Origin: Octopus sinensis | Lineage: Eukaryota | Length of the DNA stretch: 6,543 nt | NCBI RefSeq assembly: GCF_006345805.1 | Contig: NW_021829299.1 | Coordinates: 1-6,543 of the forward strand | Reading direction: 5' to 3' | Part shown: positions 1-6,543 of the stretch, piece after piece | How the letters are laid out: every line of letters begins with the position of its first letter | How positions within the stretch are numbered: position 1 is the first letter of the stretch | Program-made: the position numbers and the translations under genes | Notes under the pieces: model-generated | The model's database searches: none | What the model was told of the DNA's origin: nothing | What the model saw: only the letters and a program-made list of their open reading frames with translations

Positions 1-397
1 TGTATGCATGTATGTATGTATGTATGTATGTGTGTGTGTGTATATATCTATATGTATGGTATGTGTGTGTATATATCTATATATCTATATATATATATAT
101 ATATCTTCGTATGTATGATGTTCTTGTGTGCATAGATAAATATGCATTTGTGTGCATGTATGTTGTGTGTGTGTGTGTGTGCGTATGTGCAACAGTTATA
201 TAACGTGTAACAGGTTATATGAACGTTTATACATACACACAGTATATCCATGCATAAATATACATATATATATATATATATATATGTATATTGTTATATA
301 TATATATATATATATATATCTATATATATATATTATATAATATATATATATAATATAATATACATATATACATATATATATATATATTATATATGTA

Positions 398-430
<33 letters not shown>
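1..430. repeat. Compound (TATG)n/(TG)n/(TA)n microsatellite region with short unique interruptions
   Basis: Directly visible: TATG and TG runs at 1-65 and ~165-185; degenerate TA runs at ~70-103 and ~260-430. Confidence 0.95.
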
Positions 431-434
<4 letters not shown>

Positions 435-477
435 TGTCATAGACAATAGTTTTTGCAAGGATAGGTATGTATGTGTC

Positions 478-752
478 TGTCTATCTATCTATCTATCTAC
501 ACACAAACACACACACACACATATACATCATCTACGAAGTGTGTGTATGTGTGTGCACACACATACACACACACACACACACTCATACACACACACACTC
601 ACACACATCCCTACACCCACACACACATACATGGAGAAGTAGAAGGCCAAACATATTTGTACACATTCACATATGTGTGTCATACAGGCACACACACACA
701 CACAAATACACACACACACACGCACGCACACACACACACACGCACACACACA
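478..752. repeat. (TATC)n followed by interrupted (CA)n microsatellite
   Basis: (CTAT)n at ~478-499; CA runs at 499-752 with CATA/CACG/CTCA interruptions. Confidence 0.95.
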
Positions 753-816
753 CGTTTATATGAAGAATACCACGAATATATGGGTCAGTGTTAAAGAACG
801 ACGCTGCATAAGATGC

Positions 817-837
817 ATGTGTGTGTGTATGTGTGCG

Positions 838-868
<31 letters not shown>

Positions 869-972
869 TGATTGCATGTTTATATGTGTATATGGAAGTA
901 TGTGTGTGTGTACGCGTATCTGTGTGTGTGTGTGTGTGTGTGTGATATAGATGCGTGTATGTGTGTGTGTGT
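817..972. repeat. Interrupted (TG)n microsatellite
   Basis: Directly visible TG runs with TGCG and TATG interruptions. Confidence 0.95.
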
Positions 973-1053
973 GGCGACATCACATTTGCCTATGTAACAA
1001 CGTGTGGACGTGTGGAGGAATTTGGCGCGCGCGTGTAGACACGTGACCAAGAG

Positions 1054-1076
<23 letters not shown>
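1054..1076. repeat. (GA)n microsatellite
   Basis: A pure GA run followed by a purine-rich tract to ~1108. Confidence 0.95.
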
Positions 1077-1084
<8 letters not shown>

Positions 1085-1209
1085 GGAGAGGGAAAGGTGA
1101 GGGGCAGAGGTTATTGTTTTTGTTGCTGTTCGACATTGTGCTTTACAGAGGTGGCGGGGGTGGTGGACTGGAGTAAAAGTGGGAGAGGTGACTATGACGT
1201 AGGTGATGC

Positions 1210-1359
1210 TAGTAGCGGTAGTAGTAGCAGTAGTAGTAGTAGTAGTAGTAGTAGTAGCAATAGTAGTAATAGTAATAGTAGTAGTAGTAGTAGTAGTTGT
1301 AGTAGAAAAGATAGTGACGGTGGTGGTTGTGATGGTGGTGGTGGTGGTAGCAGTAGCGT

Positions 1360-1398
<39 letters not shown>

Positions 1399-1873
1399 AA
1401 GTAGTAGTGGTACAGATAGTGACGGTGGTGGTTGTGATGGTGGTGGTGGTGGCGGCGGCGATGTGGTGGTAATGGGGACGGTGGTGATAGTGATGGTGGT
1501 GGTGGCAATGATGATGATGGTGGTGGTGGTGGTGATGATGATGTTGGTTTTGGTGGTGGTAGTGATGGTGGCGGTAGTCGCAGTGATGATAGTGATGGTG
1601 GTGACGGTGATAGTGATAATGATGATGATGATGATGGTGGTGGTAGTGACTGTGACGATGGTGGTGATGGTAGTTGTGATGGTGATGATGTTGATGATGA
1701 TGATGGTGATGGTGGTGGTGGTGGTGGTTGTGGTGATGATAATAGCAGTGATGTAGTGATGTGGTGATGCTGATGTGACGATGGTTGTGGTAGGGTGTGG
1801 GGTGTGTTGATGTTGGTGCTGGTTCTTGTGTAATACAGGCAGAATGGTATTATACTTGCTGTAGTAGTAGTAA

Positions 1874-1917
<44 letters not shown>

Positions 1918-1991
1918 ATGGTGGTGGTGGTGGTAGTGGTGGTGGCGCGGGTTGTAGTATTGGCAGTGGTAGTGATAGTAGTAGTAATAGT

Positions 1992-2032
<41 letters not shown>

Positions 2033-2190
2033 TAGTAGTAGTAATAGTAGTAATAGTAGTAATATTAGTAGTAGTTGTAGTAACAGTAGTGGTGGTGGCG
2101 TGAGTTGTAGTAGTGGCAGTGGTAGTGATAGTAGTACTCGTAATAGTAGCAGCAGCAGTCGTAGTAGCAATAGTAGTAGTAGTAGTAGCA
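1210..2190. repeat. Compound trinucleotide low-complexity array: (TAG)n, (TGG)n, (GAT)n, (CAG)n
   Basis: TAG/TGG at 1210-1460, GGT/GAT at 1460-1790, TAG/TGG/CAG at 1860-2190. Source of the poly-S/V/M/L pseudo-ORFs. Confidence 0.95.
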
Positions 2191-2212
2191 ATCGCTGTAT
2201 TGTTAGTAGGGG

Positions 2213-2359
2213 GTTGCTGTTGTTATTTGGCCCCAAGCCAACTCTGATTGAGCAGAACTATGATCAAAGGCACTCCAACCGTGCCCATCTTGTTTTCTTT
2301 CCCACCTTTATTTTGTTGCAAAACAATACAATTTGAGGGAGATTTGACTGCTATTTCTA
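2213..2359 (-). mobile_element. Degenerate fragment of an interspersed repeat (probable SINE or non-autonomous retroposon 3' part) with (AAC)-like tail
   Basis: A non-repetitive island. The minus strand reads TAGAAATAGCAGTCAAATCTCCCTCAAA...GCCTTTGATCATAGTTCTGCTCAATCAGAGTTGGCTTGGGGCCAAATAACAACAGCAACC, which resembles a recurrent octopus repeat from memory only and ends in an AAC-type tail. Confidence 0.5.
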
Positions 2360-2528
2360 TATCCCTCATTCCATTCGATGACACTTTCTGCTTGCTAATA
2401 GTAGTGGTAGTTGCGGCGGTGGGGTTGGGGTGGGGTGTTAGCGATAATGGTAACGTTGGTGCTTGGCATAGTGGTGGGAGTGGGGGTGGGGGATAAATGC
2501 TGTTGCTTACTGCAACTGTTCTGGCTGG

Positions 2529-2788
2529 GATGATGATGATGATGGTGATGATGGTAAATGATGATGACGACGATGGTGATGGTGGTGATGATGATGACGA
2601 CGACGATGATGATAATAATGATGATGATGATGGTGATGACGATGATGATGGTAAATGATGATGATGACGATGATGATGGTGATGATGATGATGGTGATGA
2701 TGATGATGACGATGATGACGATGATGATGATGATGGTGATGACGATGATGATGATGTTGGTAAATGATGATGATGACGATGATGATGG

Positions 2789-2820
<32 letters not shown>

Positions 2821-2920
2821 GTAAATGATGATGATGGTGGCGATGATGATGGTGGTGGTTGTAGTGGTAGTGATGATGATGGTGACGATGATGATGATGA
2901 TGATGACGATGATGGTAAGA
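2529..2920. repeat. (GAT/GAC/GGT)n array punctuated by GGTAAAT; higher-order minisatellite
   Basis: GAT-variant triplets with GGTAAAT at 2553, 2650, 2759 and 2820, and GGTAAGA at 2914. Confidence 0.9.
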
Positions 2921-3046
2921 GCTGAAGTGTGTCTCCTCCATTTCTCCCTCTCATCTTTTTATTTAACACTCACACATGTTGTCCTTGTAATGTTCTTCTC
3001 ATCTGATGCCCTGTGGCAAATAATAGAAATCACCATCCCCATAGCA

Positions 3047-3110
3047 TCATTATTATTATTATTGTTGTTGTTGTTGTTATTATTATTATCATTATTATTA
3101 TTATCATTAC
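3047..3110. repeat. (ATT)n-(GTT)n-(ATT/ATC)n compound microsatellite immediately 5' of the SINE
   Basis: Directly visible. Confidence 0.95.
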
Positions 3111-3116
3111 TAGCAT

Positions 3117-3351
3117 AAAACAAACTGGCAGAATTGTTAGCATGCCGAGTAAAATGCTTAGTGGCGTTTCGTCCATCTTCAAGTCCTGAGCTCAAATTTC
3201 ACCGAGGTCAACTTTGCCTTTCATCCTTTCGTGATCGATAAATTAAGTACCAGTTCAGTCAATGTAATCCACTATCTCCCTCGCCCAAATTCCAGCCCTC
3301 GTGCCTAAAGTCGAAAAGATCATCATCATTATTATTATTATTATTATTATT
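3117..3351 (+). mobile_element. tRNA-derived SINE, octopus-type, with (ATC)/(ATT)n tail
   Basis: A-box-like TGGCAGAATTG (3126-3136) and B-box-like GAGCTCAAATT (3188-3198). The central block CTTTGCCTTTCATCCTTTCGTGATCGATAAATTAAGTACCAGTT (3212-3255) resembles the conserved Nin-type SINE core as I recall it. Simple-repeat tail at 3321-3351. The family name is not verified and the 5' boundary is approximate. Confidence 0.8.
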
Positions 3352-5473
3352 CAGTAGTTTTATTTTTATAGCGTGCTTTCACTTCACTACCGAGCGCAGC
3401 TCTGTGTGCCTTGGGTATGTGCTGTGATTTGTTGTGATGCTCTGATGGTTATTGTATGGAAAGTGCTCTGCGTAGGATGTGTGCAGTGCCTAGTAGTGCA
3501 ATTTTCTGTATGATATATGTGTTTGTAAGTCCTGGTGTTTTTGTTTGTATTTGTCTGAATATTTTTTTATCATGCCTAATGCACCTACTATGATAGGAAT
3601 TGTTTCTGTTTTCAGATTCCACATTCTAGTTACCTCTATTTCCAGGTCTTTGTATTTTGAGAGTTTCTCCATTTCTTTTAGAGACACGTTGTCATCTGCG
3701 GTATTGATACATCATTAGAAAGCATTTTTTTTCTTCATGATCTCTGACAACTATATCTGGTCTGTTGGCCTTAATTCTCTATCTGTGTGTATCGGCATAT
3801 CCCAGAGTATGTTGCTTTCTCTTTTCTGTAACCTTTTCTGGTGTGTGCCTATACCATCTTTTTTCTGTTGTTATTCCATAATGTTGGCATAGCTTCCAGT
3901 GTATGTAGGTTCCAACTCTATCATGTCTGTGAATATATTCCTTCTTAGCCAGGACTGGGCAGCTAGAGATAATATGATTTATTGTTTCTTGTCCATCTCC
4001 ACATATTCTGCAGTTACTTGTAATATTTCTTTTCATTACATGTTTTTGGTAATTTCTGGTGGGGAGGCTTTGGTCTTGTGCTGCAATTAAAAATCCCTCT
4101 GTTTCTGCTTTGAGTCCTGAGCTTCTCAACCATTGCTGGGATCTTTCTTTGTCTATTTCTTTTGCGTTTAGTTTAGTGCAGTATTTACCATGAAGGGGCT
4201 TTTCTTGCCATCGTTTTATCATGGTTCGTTGATGTTCTATTTTTAGTTTGGATTTCATTTGTTTTATAGCGTTTGTTGTTTCTTCATCATCTTCTTCTTC
4301 TTCTTCTTCGTGTTTATTAGGTGGTATGATTTCTTGTTTGTATTTGTCAGCTTCCTTAAATACTGAAACAGTTTTTGTTTTGCTCGTGTTTTGCTGCTAT
4401 CTGGATCAGTTTTCCTTCCTTCTGAAGTAGGTATTTTTTGCAGTCCTATGGTGGTTATTTTATAGTAGTTTTCCAGCTGTATAAGGCCTCTACCACCTTC
4501 TATACGTTGTATATATAGTCTTTCTATGTCAGATTTTGGGTGATGCATCCTAGATCCTGTCAGTATTTTTTTGTTTTCCTATCTATTTTGGACAGTTCAT
4601 TTCGTGTCCAGTTAAGGATATTGTAGCTGTAACTTATAACTGGGACAGCTAAAGTGTTGATACCTATTATCTTGTTTTTAGCATTGAGCTCTGTTTTTAG
4701 TATTGATCTAACTCGTCTATAATATTCTTTTTTTATTTTCTCTTTCATTTGTGTGTGTTGTGTCTTATCTAGTTCATGGATTCCTAAGTATTGTAAGTTT
4801 GGCTTTGGTCTAATTCTTTTATTTCATTGGTTTTATCTAGTGTGATGTTGTTACTTTTAACTAGTTTTCCTCTTTTCATGGTTACTTTGGCGCATTTTTC
4901 TAATCCAAATTTCATATCTATTTCTTTGGTAAATCCATGGACTGTCTTTAATAGTGTTTCCAGCTGTTTGTCATTTGCAGCGTATAGTTTTAGGTCATCC
5001 ATATATAAAAGGTGGCTGATCGTTTTGCCGTAACATTTATATCCGCATCCAGTTCTATTTAGCATATCAGATAGAGGTGACAGTGCCAAGCAGAAAAGGA
5101 GTGGAGAGAGCGTGTCTCCCTGAATATTCCTCCTTCTGATGGGGATGTCTTTGGTTTTCATGAGTCCTTCTTTTGTTTGGAGATGTAGGACTGTTTGCCA
5201 TTTATTCATAGAGTGCTCTATGAATTTTATGATTGTTGGTACTACTTTGTTAATGGCTAGTGTTTCAAGGATCCATGTGTGGGGGATGCTATCAAACGCC
5301 TTTTGTAGTCAATCCAGGCCATACTGAGCCTTTCTTCTTTCTGTGGCTGTCTTCAGTTACGGCTTTATTAATCATTAGTTGATCTTTACAGCCATATGAG
5401 CCTTTGCGGCATCCTTTCTGCTCTTCTGGGAACATTTTGTTTTTTCCAGATGCTTGTTCAGCCTTTGCGATAT
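3352..5473 (-). mobile_element. 5'-truncated non-LTR retrotransposon (LINE) with restriction-like endonuclease, probably R4/Dong clade; copy 1
   Basis: The minus strand gives RT, then a CCHC knuckle, then an RLE, in the order typical of R2/R4-type elements. A stop codon at 3449-3451 is followed by a ~100 nt 3' UTR containing AATAAA (3359-3364), then (TAA)n. The 5' end is cut within the RT and abuts (TAA)n. The clade call rests on recalled similarity of motifs such as HHPKSDIERLY..R..GGRGL, ETEGFLIAAQDQSL and VGALG, plus the TAA flanks. The 5' boundary is uncertain by about 5 nt. Confidence 0.92.
3449..5473 (-). pseudogene. Frameshifted pol-like ORF of copy 1 (RT, thumb/linker, CCHC zinc knuckle, RLE)
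   Basis: Manual joining of ORF pieces 4784-5209, 4560-4748, 4264-4548, 3779-4258 and 3490-3687 plus upstream sequence. RT motifs: EEQKGCRKGSYGCKDQL, AWIDYK(K)AFDSIPH (~5280-5322), QGDTLSPLLF, YMDD (4994-5005), FGLEKCA. Knuckle: CRICGDGQETINHIISSC (3959-4012), then RHD (3920-3928). RLE: RPD (3755-3763), D(V)SIP and KYKDL (3643-3657). Confidence 0.9.
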
Positions 5474-5477
5474 CTTA

Positions 5478-5478
<1 letters not shown>

Positions 5479-5556
<78 letters not shown>
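5479..5556. repeat. Pure (ATT)26, i.e. (TAA)n on the LINE sense strand, between the two LINE copies
   Basis: 78 nt uninterrupted run. Confidence 0.97.
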
Positions 5557-5560
5557 TATT

Positions 5561-5901
5561 CATAGTAGATTTTTTATAGCGTGCGTTCACTTCACTACCG
5601 AGCGCAGCTCTGTGTGCCTTGGGTATGTGCTGTGATTGTGTTATGCTCTGATGGTATTGTATGGAAAGTGTTCTGCGTAGGATGTGTGCAGTGCCTAGTA
5701 GTGCAATTTTTTGTATGTTATATGTGTTTGTAAGTCCTGGTGTTTTTGTTATGTATTTGTCTGAATATTTTTTTATCATGCCTAATGCACCTACTATGAT
5801 AGGAATTGTTTCCTGTTTTCAGATTCCACATTCTAGTTACCTTCTATTTCCAGGTCTTTGTATTTTGAGAGTTTCTCCATTTCTTTTAGAGACACGTTGT
5901 C
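5561..5901 (-). mobile_element. Short 5'-truncated second copy (3' end only) of the same RLE LINE; copy 2
   Basis: Aligns by eye to 3352-3693 at roughly 95% identity, covering the RLE C-terminus and 3' UTR. Similarity stops abruptly after GAGACACGTTGTC (5901), where (ATT)n resumes. Same orientation as copy 1. Confidence 0.95.
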
Positions 5902-5937
<36 letters not shown>

Positions 5938-5999
5938 CATCATCATCATCATCAATCATCATTCATCATCATCATCATCATCATCACCATCATCATCAC

Positions 6000-6080
<81 letters not shown>

Positions 6081-6137
6081 TATTATTATTATTATTTTTA
6101 TTATTATTATTGTAACTGTTGTTGTTGCTGCTGTTGT
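5902..6137. repeat. Compound (ATT)n-(ATC)n-(ATT)n-(GTT/GCT)n microsatellite
   Basis: ATT at 5902-5935, ATC at ~5936-6078, ATT at ~6079-6111, GTT/GCT to ~6137. Confidence 0.95.
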
Positions 6138-6355
6138 TTAAGTCAGAGTATGAAAGGAAGCCCTTGATTTTTTTCAGGAGCTCCGAATCAGGTGGAAGGA
6201 AGTAAGGAAAGAAGCGACGAAGGATGTTATCTCCAGATCGGGGACCTAGTTGGATCCCTGGGAATGTTTAGCACCCAGGGACTATGGTGCATGTGTATGC
6301 GTGGTAAACGTAATAAATCTACAATACAAGATTAACAACGCTGTGCTTATCTGTC

Positions 6356-6434
6356 TATACATACACACACACACACATATGTATATATGTGTATATATAC
6401 ATATAGGATATAATATGTGTGAGTTTGTATCTGT

Positions 6435-6468
<34 letters not shown>

Positions 6469-6511
6469 CCATCATATATATATATTATTATATATATATA
6501 TATATATATAT

Positions 6512-6542
<31 letters not shown>

Positions 6543-6543
6543 C
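6356..6543. repeat. (CA)n/(TA)n microsatellite region; TA arrays punctuated twice by CCATC
   Basis: CA at 6356-6378 and TA at 6436-6543. CCATC occurs at 6469 and 6512 (43 nt apart), a small duplicated unit. Confidence 0.9.

Noticed and set aside
2418-2492. G-quadruplex candidates (GGGG-TT-GGGG-T-GGGG and GGG/GGGGG/GGGGG)
   Set aside because: Each cluster has only three tracts of 3 or more G, and the clusters are ~40 nt apart, so neither is a canonical motif.
2529-2920. CRISPR-like repeat-spacer array
   Set aside because: The recurring motif is only 7 nt, the spacers are GAT microsatellite, the context is eukaryotic and there are no cas genes.
12-2969. Many ORFs (poly-YI, HT, VC, poly-S/V/M/D/H/L), including 1004-1756 (250 aa) and 2223-2969 (248 aa)
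   Set aside because: They are translations of stop-free microsatellite frames, open in several frames and on both strands, with no recognisable domain.
3117-3200. tRNA gene
   Set aside because: A/B boxes are degenerate, no cloverleaf is evident, and the sequence continues into a SINE body and tail.
3117-3450. SINE as the non-autonomous partner of this LINE
   Set aside because: No visible shared 3' sequence, and the sense-strand tails are opposite (SINE ATT, LINE TAA).
5552-5779. Extended C-terminus in copy 2 (…SIQYHQSITQ…)
   Set aside because: Caused by a 1-base loss at the stop codon (GGTTATTG in copy 1 vs GGTATTG in copy 2); read-through into the 3' UTR, possibly a sequencing error.
3352-5901. 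LTR retrotransposon or Penelope-like element suggested by the ~340 bp direct repeats
   Set aside because: The repeats contain RLE coding sequence and 3' UTR and lack TG...CA ends and a PBS. I saw no integrase, RNase H or GIY-YIG motif, and the RT and domain order are non-LTR RLE type.
2529-6078. (GAT)n at 2529-2913 and (ATC)n at 5936-6078 as terminal inverted repeats of a composite element
   Set aside because: Complementarity is only that of a common triplet repeat. The GGTAAAT punctuation is not mirrored and no target-site duplication is visible.
3899-6167. Plus-strand ORFs antisense to the LINE copies (e.g. 5661-6167, 4827-5033, 5396-5635)
   Set aside because: Shadow frames of the minus-strand coding sequence, extended by ATT/ATC repeats.
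6165-6200. Hammerhead ribozyme suggested by minus-strand CTGA...GAAA
   Set aside because: The core reads CTGATTC rather than CTGANGA, and flanking stems are not evident.

Overview
This is repeat-dominated eukaryotic DNA with no supportable host protein-coding gene. The microsatellite mix and the SINE-like repeats resemble an octopus/cephalopod genome, which is an inference from recalled repeat sequences, not a database search. Bases 1-3110 and 5902-6543 are mostly compound microsatellites (TA, CA/TG, TAG, TGG, GAT, ATT, ATC), and nearly all ORFs there are low-complexity artefacts. The informative core is 3117-5901, a nested cluster of three elements. A tRNA-derived SINE (+ strand) ends in an (ATT)n tail. 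A ~2.1 kb 5'-truncated non-LTR retrotransposon (- strand) abuts that tail; it encodes RT, a CCHC knuckle and a restriction-like endonuclease and best fits the R4/Dong clade. After (ATT)26 there is a second, ~340 bp 3'-end copy of the same element in the same orientation. Both copies are bounded by (TAA)n on their sense strand, consistent with microsatellite-targeted insertion. The long copy's frame is broken almost entirely by 1-base indels, mostly in homopolymers, so it may be a young insertion with assembly errors. I found no evidence for a wholly new biological system.
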